This document shows, one piece after another, positions 14,501-29,787 of a stretch of DNA of 64,000 nt; position 1 is the stretch's first letter, and each line of letters begins with the position of its first letter. The notes below the pieces were generated by a model, which was not told the DNA's origin, did not search any database, and saw only the letters and a program-made list of their open reading frames with translations. The position numbers were made by a program, and so were the translations under genes. The stretch is taken from the NCBI GenBank assembly GCA_951406725.2, contig OX597839.1:7440001-7504000 (forward strand), given 5' to 3'. Source of the DNA: Octopus vulgaris (lineage: Eukaryota).

Positions 14501-15035
14501 CATGGTGTCCCCAAAAAATGTATACACACCTTAAATAATTGTAAATTTGGGGTTTATTATAATCGAATAATTTTCAACATGTAAAAGAATTTACAAATAT
14601 CATTCTATTGTCTTGTTATCGCATGTTCTCAAACTGATGTCCGTTCTGCTCCAGACACTGCTGACAACGCGAAGCGATGGAATGGCACACATCATGGAAC
14701 AATTCCCTTGGGACATTCGTACATTCATGTTCAATGGTTGCCCTCAATTGAACAACTGTTGCAGGTTTCTGTGCGTAGACTTTGTCCTTTAGGTATCCCC
14801 ATAAAAAGAAGTCTAGTGGTGTGAGGTCTGGTGAACGTGGAGGGTATTCGACAAAACCTCTCCGTCCAATCCACCTGTTTGGCAAGATCCCATCAAGAAA
14901 GGATCTAACATCGCGATGGTAGTGTGGAGGTGCCCCATCTTGCTGGAAATAAAACTCTTCCTGTTCAAAGTCCTCTCTAATGCTTGGCATGACAGACTGT
15001 TGCAGCAAGTGTATACACTTTTTTGAGACACCCTG
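14501..15035 (-). mobile_element. Internally deleted Tc1/mariner-superfamily transposon retaining the transposase C-terminus
   Basis: TA-flanked TIRs CATGGTGTCCCCAAAAAATGTATACAC / GTGTATACACTTTTTGAGACACCCTG. ORF 14616-15008 has FQQDGAPPHY, RWIGR and YPPRSPDLTPLDFFLWGYLK. Confidence 0.88.
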
Positions 15036-15054
15036 TATATATATATACAGTGAT

Positions 15055-15220
15055 ACTCTCTTTTACTCATTACTCTTTTACTTGTTTCAGTCATAGGACT
15101 ACGGCCATGCTGGAGCACCGCCTTTAGTCGAGCAAATCGACTCCAGGACTTATTCTTTGGAAGCCTAGTACTTATTCTAGCGGTCTCTTTAGCCGATGTT
15201 AGGGGCGCAAAGACACACAA

Positions 15221-15299
<79 letters not shown>

Positions 15300-15474
15300 T
15301 ATACATATATACGACAGGCTTCTTTCAGTTTCCGTCTACCAAATCCACTCACAAGGCTTTGGTCGGCCCGAGGCTATAGTATAAGACACTTGCCCCAGGT
15401 GCCACGCAGTGGGACTGAACCCAGAACCATGTGGTTGGTAACCAAGCTACTTACCACACAGCCACTCCTGTGCC
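15055..15474 (-). mobile_element. SINE family B
   Basis: Collinear with 16671-17087, with an internal deletion in the 3' half. Confidence 0.85.
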
Positions 15475-16670
15475 TCTCAATGGAATTTTGATAATATCGA
15501 AGAAGTTGTGTGTATGTGCGTGCGTGTGTATATGTGTGTGTTTGCTGATATGCACCATATATATTTATATGTATACTTTCAGTATACGTTTATATTTTAG
15601 AATTCTCCAGAAAACGATGGAACTGGCTTCTATCACAGAAACAGACGCTCCATCGCTGGAATTTGGATAACAACAGCTAGAATTGTTACATGGTGAACTT
15701 TAAGATAATGCTGCATACTTTTACTATTCCACTTAGCCATTGTTTCTGTAAAGTACATAATTGCTGTTCTCCTTCTCTAATTGGAAAGCCCTAGCCTTTC
15801 CAGATTGCCTCTTTGGACAACAACATAATCAAGCAAACATCTGTTTATTGGTATGAATGACAATTTATTTATCTGGGTAGTGAAGCTACAGGTTTCGAAT
15901 CTGTTATCTATAAATAGTCACTCCTTATCTCTGGTTTTAGAGATATTTTCTCTTTCATCTCTCTTCATTTCATTTGCTTCAGTTATTAGACTGAGGTAAT
16001 GCCGGAGCACCACCTTGGAATGTTTCAACGAATGAATCGACCCCAGTACTTGTTTTTTATGTAAGGACTGGGATTTATCATATCGCAAACAAACCAACAC
16101 CGACTGTCGAGTCTTTCGGGGTCTATAAAATATGTACCAGCTTGGGGTTGATGTAATCGACTTACCGCCTGCTCCAACTTGCTGGCCTTGCACTAAAATT
16201 TGAAACCAATATTGTCTTCCATTTGTAATTTGCAGAAAATATACCCACCCCATGCGTAACCGTATTCGTGGTTTGCAGATTGTTTCTCTTCCAGGCGTAA
16301 CGTGCTGAGATATGCAAACCCAGCATTGCTGGCTTTATAAGTAAGAGCATTAGGAATTGGGCTTCGTTACCGATCTGTAGTGTTACACATTCATATCTAT
16401 GTGTATACGTGTGTAGAATACATCCCCACTTTGGCACTATTTGTTAGTGAACAGTACGAACTGTGTTTTAAAATTAAACAGTATTACTACGCTGTGTCTA
16501 ACGATATATAGGTGTCGCTGCGCTTAAAGTAAGGCAGTTCGTGTAACATGGAAAAATAAATAACACGTAAAAGAATAACTATGCTTCGTATAGAGTTGTC
16601 TATCCCACCAGACTGAAACTACACATAACACGTAGGATGTTCATTTTGCTTGTCAGTTCTTTCATGAAAT

Positions 16671-16885
16671 TACTCTTTTACTCTTTTACTTGTTTCAGTC
16701 ATTTGACTGTGGCCATGCTGGAGCACCGACTTTAGTTGAGCAAATCGACCCCGGGACTTATTCTTTGTAAGCCCAGTACTTATTCTATCAGTCTCTTTTG
16801 CCGAACCGCTAAGTGACGGGGACGTAAACACACACCAGCATCGGTTGTCAAGCAATGCTAGGGGGACAAACACAGAAACACAAAC

Positions 16886-16916
<31 letters not shown>

Positions 16917-17087
16917 CATATATACGACAGGCTTCTTTCAGTTTCCGTCTACCAAATCCACTCACAAGTCATTGGTCGGCCTGGAGCTATAGCAGAAGAC
17001 ACTTGCCCAAGATGCCACGCAGTGGGATTGAACCCAGAACCATGTGGTTGGTTAGCAAGCTACTTACCACACAGCCACTCCTGCGCC
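16671..17087 (-). mobile_element. SINE family B, full length
   Basis: Head, GGGTTCAATCCC B box, CATCTTGGGCAAGTGTCTT core, internal microsatellite and (AAAAGAGT)n tail. Confidence 0.88.
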
Positions 17088-17404
17088 TATTTCATTTATT
17101 CTTTCTAAAAATATTTATTTTTACTGCAAATACTTAGAAGATACTGTTTAAGTGATATCATTAGGATACTCGAAGGCTCTCTTAAATGATCTTCAGTCGC
17201 TTTAATGATCTTAAGTCACACATACCTTATGAGGTGTAGACTTTTCAGTTTGTGTCAAGATTTTGCAGTTGTAATACAAACAGACTAGATTTACGCTATG
17301 GAACATTGAAATATCCCAAATATTGGTATATAAAGCTGACTAGTTGAGAATTTAACTCGGTAATCATATAATCTGGCTTTTACAGCTGGCAACTTTATGA
17401 GGTA

Positions 17405-17769
17405 CTAGCAGTATAGCCCAGCGTTGCTCGGGCTTGTTTTCTTTTTGACCCTTTACAATTGGAATTTTTGAAAAGTAATAATTTTGCATTATGTTGCTTG
17501 TTATTCTATTTAAGTGAACATTTTTCTGGTTGAAATACACCGTAAAATGGCGACACAGCAGTCAAAAATCGTAAAGAAATAGGGATTTTCATAGAAAAAA
17601 AGCACCTTTTTGATTGAATTTTTTCTTCTACGGAAGGAAGAGCAAGCCTTCTTCTGTCATACTCTCAATTTGGGTCAACTTGCGCCGCAGTGTATCAGAG
17701 GAGATGGTGTTAGTTGAAGGCTACCAAAACTGCCATACACAGACAACTTCAGCTTTATATATATATAGA
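17405..17769 (-). mobile_element. Non-autonomous Helitron
   Basis: Minus strand reads A|TCTATATATATAT..., with subterminal hairpin GCCCGAGCAACGCTGGGC and 3' CTAG|T, i.e. inserted between A and T. The 5' part recurs at 50780. Confidence 0.8.
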
Positions 17770-18153
17770 TTTCTTATTGAAGTCTCGAATACTACCATAA
17801 CTTGTAACTAGAAAGAATAAATGAAATAGGAAGCTCGCCATTGCATGAGCTGTACCAGGAATTAAGCTGTCCAGTTAAACCATATATTGTACGACGTTGA
17901 ATATGTCTGAGTATTTACTTGTGTAAGTCATGATCTCTTATAAAAGGGCCCCAGTTTGTGTATATCAGGGTTGGAGAAACTTTTCAGAAAAAGAGATCCG
18001 CGGGCGATTTACAAGTTCTAACTTGTATCTGTGTAAATTTTGGATATATCTATGTATATATAATTCAATATACATTAATAATGATAAGTTTAACACATTA
18101 AATTAACGCATTAATTAACGCCGCCACTGAATTTAGGACGTTTATATTACTTA

Positions 18154-18572
18154 GGATGTTTTCGATTTGAACGGCAGTTTTTAAAAAATAATTTCCTCGT
18201 AACTAAACACTTTTAAACTTAGTATACTGGTAGAATGTGTTTATAAAACATCTTTTTCTCTTGGCTTTATTGAGAAAATTCTATAGTTTGTAAGATATTT
18301 GTTCTTGTTTTTCTTCAGTTTCTGCAATTTCAACCAATCACCGACGTCTATTGAGGTAAGAAACATTCTGTGCCGTATGAATATGTCCCTCATTTAAGAA
18401 GCAGATTGGGTTTATTTACATTTCTGAAAAAAAACAGATACCCTTCCCCCACCCCTAACCCTAACCCTAAAACAGATTGAAATGCAATAGATCGATACTA
18501 GGGTCATAATTATGGGTGACAATTTCATATGACACCGCTAGAAAAAACTGCCGTTCAAACGGAAAAGATCCC
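18154..18572 (-). mobile_element. TTAGGG-containing MITE, full length
   Basis: TIRs GGATGTTTTCGATTTGAACGGCAGTTTT / AAAACTGCCGTTCAAACGGAAAAGATCCC; internal CCCTAACCCTAACCCTAA. Confidence 0.85.
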
Positions 18573-18938
18573 AAATGATATTCAATTCTAAAATTAAGAT
18601 ATTATTTTTTTTTAATATCAAATGTTTATGAGGGTCCACCAGATTAAAATTGGAACCAAAAGGGTCCACACACAAAAAGTGGTTGAGTAACACTGATTTA
18701 AATAATACGTAATGGAATAGCCGTCGTCCAAAATAGTGGCGATGCATTTACTCATGCTTGTATGTATGTATGTATGTATGTATGTATGTATGTATGTATG
18801 TATGTATGTATGTATGTATGTATGTATGTATGTATGCGTGTATGTATGTATGTGTCTATGTATGTAAGTATGTACATGTCAGCATGTAGGTGTGAGGGAT
18901 TGTATGTAAGCATATATGTGTGTGTGTGTGTATTTACG

Positions 18939-18976
<38 letters not shown>

Positions 18977-18986
18977 GTGTGTGTAT

Positions 18987-19072
<86 letters not shown>

Positions 19073-19330
19073 GTATGTTTATATGTATGTATATATGGAT
19101 GTATATGTGGGCATGTTCGAACATATGTATGCATGAAATGAAAGTTGAATGGTAAGTAGGGATGTGTATGTGTATGTGTGTGTGTCAGACGTACTGATAT
19201 GATATATATATATGTGTATACTACATGTGTAAAGGAATTACAGTGAGCAGTGTTTGGAAAAGATAAGGGTGAGAATAGACAGACGCTTCCTTTAAATTTG
19301 AACTTCAATGCGTTTAGTCATTCGAGTGCT

Positions 19331-19472
<142 letters not shown>

Positions 19473-19725
19473 ATATATATATATACATATACATACATAC
19501 ATATACATGTATGCATACGTATATATATATACATATGTGTATGTATATATATATATACACACACATATATATGCATACATGTATGTGTATGTATCTATAT
19601 ATATGTGTGTGTGTGTGTGTGTGCGTGTGCGTATGTGTATATACATATATATCTATACTCATATATACCCATATATATTTACATGAATATACATATATAC
19701 TAACACACACACACACACACACATA

Positions 19726-19782
<57 letters not shown>

Positions 19783-20390
19783 TTCGTGTGATTATGTTTA
19801 TCTTAGCTATAAATAAATCCGCACCAGATCGGGCCGGGGCACTAGTGTATATATAAACTCGGTATCCGAACTTTCTCGCCCATAAATATAATGCGATGAA
19901 GTCGACATAGTTTGGATGAAATTTTAATGAAAGATATTGAAAAGTTTCATTTCGTCCGAGAAAGTATGTTTACAAATAACCTCTGCAACATCTTCCATGT
20001 TGAGGTTGAGGAAATTTCAATTTCATAAACATCCTTTCTTTTATTTCGTATTTGTTCCAGTTATTAGACTGTGACCATGCTGGAGCACGAAATGATGAAT
20101 ATTTAGTCGAATGAGTCGATTCCAGTACTTTATTTTTTTTTAGATATTTTAAGCCTGGTATTTTTTTTTGCTCACTTTTACCGAAATACTAAGTTACAGG
20201 GACCAATATATAAACACCGCTTGTCAAGGGGCGATGAGTCGACCCCGGCTGAATATGAACTCAGAATGTGAAGGCAGACTTATTTTAATCGATACCGAAA
20301 GGATAAAAAGCAAGGTCAATTTCATCGGAATTTGAACTCAACGTAAACTATTATGTCCGGCGTGCTAACGTTTCGGTCAGTTTACCGCCT

Positions 20391-20430
<40 letters not shown>

Positions 20431-20431
20431 G

Positions 20432-20509
<78 letters not shown>

Positions 20510-20525
20510 TTAATAATAATAATAA

Positions 20526-20616
<91 letters not shown>

Positions 20617-20679
20617 TAATTCGTTTATTGGCCACAAGGGCTGACAAAAATTAATTAAATTCTAACTAGTCCCCACCTG

Positions 20680-21146
20680 TAAATTTGAACTCAGAACGTA
20701 GCGGCAGACGAAATACCTATTTCTTTACTACCCACAAGGGGCTAAACACAGAGAGGACAAATAAAGACAGACAAACGGATTAAGTCGATTATATCGACCC
20801 CAGTGCGTAACTGGTACTTAATTTATCGACCCCGAAAGGATGAATGGCAAAGTCGACCTCGGCGGAATTTTAACTCAGAACGTAACGGCAGACGAAATAC
20901 CGCTTAGTAATTCGCTCGGTGTGCTATTGAGTCTGCCAACTCGCCGCTTTAATAATAATAATGGTGGTTTCAAATTTTGTCACAAGGGCAGCAGTTTTGG
21001 GGGTGAGGATAAGTCGATTACATCGACCCTAGTATTGGGCTGGAACTTATTTTATTGACCCTGAAAGGTGAAGGTGACCTCGGCAGAATTTGTAATACCG
21101 CTAAGCACTTCGGCCGGCGTGCTAACGATTCTGCCAGCACTACGCC
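20680..21146 (-). mobile_element. Cluster of SINE family A copies between (AAT)n tracts
   Basis: Full copy ~20718-20947 with a short partial second unit, and a diverged copy ~20965-21146. Confidence 0.8.
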
Positions 21147-21157
21147 TGAATAATGAC

Positions 21158-21231
<74 letters not shown>

Positions 21232-21261
21232 TAACAAAATAATAATAATAATAATAATAAC

Positions 21262-21375
<114 letters not shown>

Positions 21376-22114
21376 AAGAAGAAGAAGAAGAAAAATACTG
21401 AAACTTTGTTATAGTAATAATAATAATATCAGGAGGTCAGGAAGTTTCCTGCTTAACATGTGTGTGAGAGATAACCAGAGTAAAATATATATATCTGGAG
21501 ATAAAACAAATGAGCAAATGTGATTTTTATTTGCTTCGATAAAAGTCAGACATCTTGTTTATAAATAGTTTGGTTTTTATTTGGCTTCCTTAATCTGAGT
21601 AGTTCCACTATGAACAGCTACCACTGCTGCTGCTGTTGAATTTGTTGTTGTTGTTGTTGTTGTTGTTTGTAAACACCCTTGAGTTCGTACTTACTAGTGG
21701 ACATACCATACATTGAATCAGATTCGTTTTATGACCGTCCCGTCTTTTTTGCCTCCAGGCTTGGATAACGCGCTCACACGTGATTGATTATACGCATACA
21801 TACGCACAGACATACACACATATCCACGCCTACACACTCCTCCCCCCCTCCACACACACAAGGGTACATTATTTAAAGTATTTCTTGTTTTTAAAGATAG
21901 TAGGATGAAATTAACAGTGATAAACATTCATGGATATATGTGTGTGTACATACGAGTGCATATACATATATATATACACATGTATGTGTTATGTGTGAGT
22001 GATGTGTGTCCGTGTATGTTGATGTGTATATATATATGTGTGTGTGTATTTCTGTGTGTCTGTATATACTTATATATGTATATGTATGCGTATATAGTTA
22101 TGTATGTATGTATG

Positions 22115-22167
<53 letters not shown>

Positions 22168-22196
22168 GTCTATCAATCTATCTATATATATATATC

Positions 22197-22229
<33 letters not shown>

Positions 22230-22242
22230 GAATATATATATA

Positions 22243-22364
22243 CAGGATGATTCAGAAGTCGTCATACATAAGAACATTTTATTTTTTATAAGAAACAGTT
22301 TTTTTTATTTAAACGTTTCATATAAAAACAAATTTTTCATATGTGTACAAACTTTTTAATCACC

Positions 22365-22367
<3 letters not shown>
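22243..22367. mobile_element. Small Tc1/mariner-type MITE
   Basis: Imperfect TIRs CAGGATGATTCAGAAGT / ACTTTTTAATCACCCTG around an AT-rich interior, in TA context. Confidence 0.55.
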
Positions 22368-22410
<43 letters not shown>

Positions 22411-22413
22411 TTT

Positions 22414-22468
<55 letters not shown>

Positions 22469-22736
22469 GTAGATATAAGTGATTATTTGGACTTTGGGTA
22501 TATGTTAGTAATATGCCGATTAAAGCACTTTCACAGTTTAGGATACCTGGTGTCATCCACAGTATTGATACGTGTCAAAGGATCTGTGTCAGGAATTCCG
22601 CAGTTTTCGTTGAGCTTATAATGAATGAGGGAAACGGAAAATGGAGTTTGCAAGAAACTTTATTAAAGATTCTTGCAAACGCCATTTTCCGTTTCCCCCT
22701 CATTCAGTGTATATATATATATATATATATAGTGAA

Positions 22737-23062
22737 GGCGCATATATAGTCGAGCTTACGATCGTGAGGTTGTGAGCTCGAATCCCGGACCGGGCTGCGT
22801 GTTGTGTTCTTGAGCAAGGCACTTTATTTCACGTTGCTCCAGTTCACTCAGCTGTAGAAATGAGTTGCGACGCCACTCGTGCCAAGCTGTATCGACCTTT
22901 GTCTTTCCCTTGGATAACACTGGTGGCGTGGAGAGGGGAGGCTGGTATGCATGGGCGAATGCTGGTCTTCCATAAACAACCTTGCCCGGACTTGTGTCTA
23001 GGAGGGTAACTTTCTAGGTGCAATCCCATGGTCATTCATGACCGAAGGGGGTCTTTACCCTT

Positions 23063-23063
<1 letters not shown>
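22737..23063 (+). mobile_element. SINE family C1 (tRNA head, CORE-like)
   Basis: GTTGTGTTCTTGAGCAAGGCACTTTATTTCACGTTGCTCCAG core; tail shared with 24254-24582. Confidence 0.85.
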
Positions 23064-23154
<91 letters not shown>

Positions 23155-23285
23155 CATGCATACATACATATAAATATACATACATAGACACGCACACACA
23201 CATACACACATATATATATCGAGATAGATACGCATATATCAACATAGCTATATATATATATATATAAATTGATAGATAGATATAA

Positions 23286-23349
<64 letters not shown>

Positions 23350-23464
23350 ATAGATAGACAGACAGACAAAGAGACATACGTGGCTGCTATTATGACAACA
23401 TAATGCCACCATTCCTTTCTGTCTTTTGCTGTTAATTGTTGTTGTTGTTGTTGTTGATGATGAC

Positions 23465-23521
<57 letters not shown>

Positions 23522-23768
23522 GGTGATGATGATGATGATGATGTTTGTGCCACATTTCAATCTTGAACTAGAAGAAATCCCATAAAGGTGTTCCACATAT
23601 GACCATCCCATCGAATGTCTTGTCTTATTTTTTTTTTTATTCAGCGCAATGTGTCTTGCATACATATAAGATTGCCAGTTGTTTTCTAACGTTCGAATTG
23701 TACCCTAAGTTAACATAATCTTTTTATTCAACAATTTCGGAAAGCGGTTAATCGATTACAACAACACC

Positions 23769-23972
23769 GGGATCTTTTCGGTTTGACCGGCAGTTTTTTT
23801 CTAGTGGTGTTGTATGAAATTGTCACCCATAATTATGACCCTAGTATTGATGTATTGCATTTCAATCTATTTTAGGGTTAGCGTTAGATTTAGGATTAGT
23901 TAGGGTTAGGGGTGGGGGGAAGGGTATCTTTTTTTCTTCACAAATATAAATAAACCCAATCTGTTTCTTAAA
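23769..23972 (+). mobile_element. Partial TTAGGG-containing MITE
   Basis: One TIR plus a TTAGGG-like run; collinear with 53565. Confidence 0.8.
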
Positions 23973-24253
23973 CCCCTTGACGTTTGTGGGATTTTTCCAC
24001 GATGTCCTTAATGCGACTCACCTTTTAGGAGTTTTAAATTGTTTCATTTTAATTATTGTATTGTTTACACATTGTCAAAATCCATTGTATCGTCCTGTTT
24101 TTGTTTTTTATGTTGTATGTGTTTTAATGTAATTTTATATAAGCCCCTGTGGCCAATAAACGAATTTCTTCTTCTTCTTCTTCTTCTTATTATTATTAAT
24201 ATTATTATTATTATTATGATTATTATTATTATTATGATTATTATTATTGCGAA

Positions 24254-24582
24254 GGCGCATGGCTCAGTGTTTAGAGCGTCGAGCTTACGATCATGAGGTT
24301 GTGAGTTCGAATCCCGGACCGGGCTGGGTGTTGTGTTCTTGAACAAGACACTTTATTTCACGTGTTCTAGTTCACTCAGCTGTAGCAATGAGTTGCGACG
24401 TCACAGGTACCAAGCTGTATCTGCTGTTGCTTTTCCCTTGGATAACACTGGTGGTGTGGAGAGGGGAGGCCGGTATGCATGGGCGACTGCTGGTCTTCCA
24501 TAAACAACCTTGCCCAGACTTGTGCCTAGGAGGGTAACTTTCTAGGTGCAATCCCACGGTCAGTCATGACCGAAGGAGGTGT
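24254..24582 (+). mobile_element. SINE family C1
   Basis: A box TGGCTCAGTG and B box GAGTTCGAATCC; collinear with 22737-23063. Confidence 0.85.
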
Positions 24583-24589
24583 CAAAAAT

Positions 24590-25227
<638 letters not shown>

Positions 25228-25945
25228 GGTGTATAACCAAAGGGCGGAGATTATAATGAAAAGCGAAGAGAAGAAAGAAAATGACCGGTACAGTTTCTAA
25301 TGAAAGTTACATGTCCGAAAGGAAGTATCTTGTGGAAGTAAATGCTTGTCCGGAAGTATCAGCAACGCCTTCTTACAAAATCGAACATTTCTTTTCATTG
25401 ATTTTTCTCCACCCTAAAAGTTCATTGAGTGCTCCATGCTCTACTCAAAAAAGCATTTACGGCCTTTTATTTTTTATTTGTCTGGCGGTACTTGCTATGT
25501 TCGTTTTGCACTTAATAATACTTTTGTATTACTTCTCTGTGCACGTGCGGCTGGATCACACAGTTATACATACATACATACATACATACATACATACATA
25601 CATACATACATACATACATACATGTGTACACACACATATATATATACACACGTATTTACCTATATATGCATGTATATTATATATAGCATATATGTATATA
25701 TATATGTATATATATATATATATGTATGTATGTATATATATGTATGTATATGTATATATATATGTATATATATGTATATATGTATATATATATGTATATA
25801 TGTATATATATATATATGTATGTATATGTATGTATATATACATATATGCATGTATGCGTATATATGTGCTTGTGTATCATCATAGAAACAGAAATTTATT
25901 GTGACAGTATATATATTTGTATGTATGTATATGTATATATATATA

Positions 25946-26345
25946 GGCGCAGGAGTGGCTATAGGCGTAGGAGTGGCTGTGTGGTAAGTAGCTTGCTTAC
26001 CAACCACATGGTTCCGGGTTCAGTCCCACTGCGTGGCATTTTGGGCAAGTGTCCTCTACTATAGCCTCGGGCCGACCAAAGCCTTGTGAGTGGATTTGGT
26101 AGACGGAAACTGAAAGAAGCCCGTCGTATATATGTATATATATGTATGTGTGTGTCTGTGTTTGTCCCACTAGCTTTGCTTGGCAACCGATGCTGGTGTG
26201 TTTACGTCCCCGTTACTTAGCGGTTCGGCAAAAGAGACCGATAGAATAAGTACTGGGCTTACAAAGAATTAGTCCCGGGGTCGATTTGCTCGACTAAAGG
26301 CGGTGCTCCAGCATGGCTGCAGTCAAATGACTGAAACAAGTAAAA
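25946..26345 (+). mobile_element. SINE family B, full length, with duplicated 18-bp head
   Basis: ATAGGCGYAGGAGTGGCT occurs twice, followed by the complete family B body. Confidence 0.88.
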
Positions 26346-26352
26346 ATAAAAA

Positions 26353-26399
<47 letters not shown>

Positions 26400-27437
26400 T
26401 ATATATATATACATATATACATATTGGTGTATACATACATATACACGCATTTGTATGCGTATACACATATATACTCAGCCATATAGACACCCAAACACAT
26501 ACACAACGCCACACACATGTGTAGGCATGTATTAAACACACTTAAATATTTATATGCTTGCATGTATATACGGATGCGTGTATGCACCTGTCTGTACATA
26601 TACATCTACGTTTACCGATGTAGTGAATAACCCTCACACCTTTATCAAATTTTCCACTTAGCTTTGACTTCATTTACCGATTAGCAGTTTACTACATTGC
26701 ATGATACTTGCACCTGCTTCCGCTTCCGGTCACTAAAAAGAAATTTACTTCACACGCGCCATTGGTGTCGTCTAACAGCAGCTCAGTTTCTTATTTCTTA
26801 TTATATATTTCATGCATACAGGCACACATACACACAAACACACACACACATACATCTATATATACATAGATTTCTTTCTATTTTTTGCGATACTGTTAAT
26901 AAACACCACAAAATGCGGTTTTCTGATTGAGTTGTGATTGACACAACATTGCCTGGGGATGGTGTATCAAAATGTTAAACCAATCGATAAAAACAAACAT
27001 CGATAAAATATATTTATGCTAGTATGTATAAAATATGTAATGGTTTAGATATGATTGACTATAAAAATTCTTCAAAGGAATGTCCTAATATGGGCGCAGT
27101 TAAGTAACTGACATTAGAAGAAGCATAAATGAAATATATTTATTATTATATAAGTAAACCCATGGTAGTTACTAGTAGTCCGAGAAACACGGTTCTGCAA
27201 GTTCTTACTGAACATCCTCTTCAAGAAATTTGGTGGACCAATTTTCCTCTTAAGAAAAAATATATATTCAAATAAGTAAAACATAATATCATGAATAGCG
27301 ATAGCGAAACCGGTCGATATATTAAAAATTATATTAAAACTATGTAAGTGTGCGTATTTTCCTTTTTTAATTTCTTATATTCATTACAACTCACCACGTG
27401 GGGATAATCGAAATTCCTCTTTTCTGTTACTACTACT

Positions 27438-27488
<51 letters not shown>

Positions 27489-27721
27489 TACGTAATTTAA
27501 GTATGTGTGCTTATGGAAGTATTTGCGTATGTGTGTTGTTTATATGTATTTATAAGTGCACGTATATTATATGTTGCCTTCAGCAATTCATTAATTTCTG
27601 CACTATATTACAGTTTTCTTATTTGTTAATGATATATAAACTCCACCGCAACCAGCCACGCCAACAATACCACCACCATCACAACAACAACTACTAATGA
27701 TAATAATATTAATACTACTAA

Positions 27722-28100
27722 TACTCTTTACTCTCTCTTTTACTCTTTTACTTATTTCAGTCATTTGACTGTGACCATGCTGAAGCACCGCCTTTTAGTC
27801 GAGCAAATCGACCCCAGGAATTATTCTTTGTAAGCCTAGTACTTATTCTATCGGTATCTTTTTGCCGAACCGCTAAGTTACAGGGTACGTAAACACACCA
27901 GTATCGGTTGTCAAGCGATGTTGGGGGGAGGGGGACAAACACAGACACACATATACATATATACAAAAATACAACGGGATTCTTTCAGTTTCCGTCTACC
28001 AAATCCATTCACAACGCTTTGGTCAGCCCGAGGTTACTATAGAAGACACTTGCCCATGTAGTTCGTAAGCAAGCTACTTACCACACAGCCACTCTACGCC
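27722..28100 (-). mobile_element. SINE family B
   Basis: Collinear with the other B copies; deletion across the B box. Confidence 0.8.
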
Positions 28101-28101
28101 T

Positions 28102-28164
<63 letters not shown>

Positions 28165-28833
28165 ATTGTTACTACTAATACCACCAAAGCCAGCACTACC
28201 ACAACCATATCCACCACCATACAACCACAGCCACCTAAACCGCCACAACTATCACTACCATTCACCATATTAACACAATAACAAAATACAATTCTATATA
28301 GTCTTTTACAGAATTACAAAACCATAACAGAAAATCAAAATAGAAACAAACAAACAATAAAAAACAACCAACAAAAAAACCGACAACACACTCCAGCAAT
28401 TCCCAGTCAGTCCAAAACCTCAAGATTTAATGGTTCATTCTTCTTCTATTTCTTCATTTTTGGATGTAGTTTTATTATAGAATTTTCAAAGCTACTGTAT
28501 TTTAGTTTTTTGTATTTATTATTTTTTTTAGGCTTCGGCTTTTGGATCTCACAGTTTTTAGTTTTCTTTGCTTTATTTCTGTTGGTTAAGCGAGGATAGT
28601 GATGAATTTTGTATTTCTTCTCTTTTCTTTTCTTTTTTTTTTTTTGTTTTTGTTTCAGTGTGTGAGTCAGTGGTGGTGTTGCAGTGAAATTTTGAGTGTT
28701 GGGTGTGAGATGGGATAAGGTGTGGGGGATGTGTAGATGCTAATTTCCGAAATTGTTTATGCCATTTCCAGCTTGGTGCCATAAGAACCAAAAAGTTCTA
28801 CAATAACGTCTAATATACCTAAATACACACACA

Positions 28834-28864
<31 letters not shown>

Positions 28865-29161
28865 GCGCACGCACATACAAACACACATATACCAGGGTTT
28901 GCTGAAAAATTCCTCGTTTAAAGTTATCGCAAAAAGGCCTGATTGGAGGCACAGCATTCCCGAGTTCTATTACAGGTCTGCAGTCTTATGAGTGAATAAA
29001 ATGAAATACATATAAATATATATATATATGTATAGAAATTAAATATAAATTATAAATTACAAAGTGGGACAAGAACGCAAAAACACACAAAGAGACGACA
29101 CAAGAAAACAGACGGGACACTCGAAGCCTCTAATCTTCAGTCGGGAACCGGATCATCTTAG

Positions 29162-29287
<126 letters not shown>

Positions 29288-29413
29288 ATACATATATATT
29301 TGCGGATATATATATGTGTCTGTATGTGTGTGTAGGCATACTCGTCTATGTGATATATGTATCTATATAACTATCTCTCTCTCTCTTTGTATATATATAT
29401 ATATATACTATTG

Positions 29414-29722
29414 TGTCTGGGGAGAGTCATTTTCTTTTTGTGCCTTATAATTTAACACACTCACCGATAAAATTTCCACTTATTTCACATTTTTATTTTC
29501 CTAAAGTATTCGTTGCGTCGTGCAACATTTCAATAGCCTTGGCGCTTGAAAAGGTTGCAAGACGCAACGGAAATTTTAGGATAATATAAATAAGAAATAA
29601 AGCGAAATTTTACCGCTGTGTGTTTTAAATTATAAGGCACAAAAAGAAAATGACTCTCCCCTGACAGAAAAGAATATGCCTCAAGACACGAACTCACATA
29701 AAGAATCTTGCAAACCAAAACG

Positions 29723-29724
<2 letters not shown>
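29414..29724 (+). mobile_element. Older asymmetric fold-back element in (TA)n with a degenerate hammerhead variant
   Basis: Diverged inverted arms ~29414-29532 / ~29545-29666 with a ~60-bp unpaired extension. Motif TTGAAAA-GGTTGC AAGAC GCAACG-GAAA at 29546-29573. Confidence 0.7.

Positions 29725-29787
<63 letters not shown>

Noticed and set aside
17966-18695. Single hAT-type element enclosing the MITE
   Set aside because: The ends only loosely match and the 8-bp flanks (GTGTATAT vs ATTTAAAT) are not a duplication.
27395-27423. Minus-strand 29-nt microexon (AG..GTGAGT; KKRNFDYPT)
   Set aside because: Good donor but no polypyrimidine tract and no partner exons found; unsupported without RNA data.
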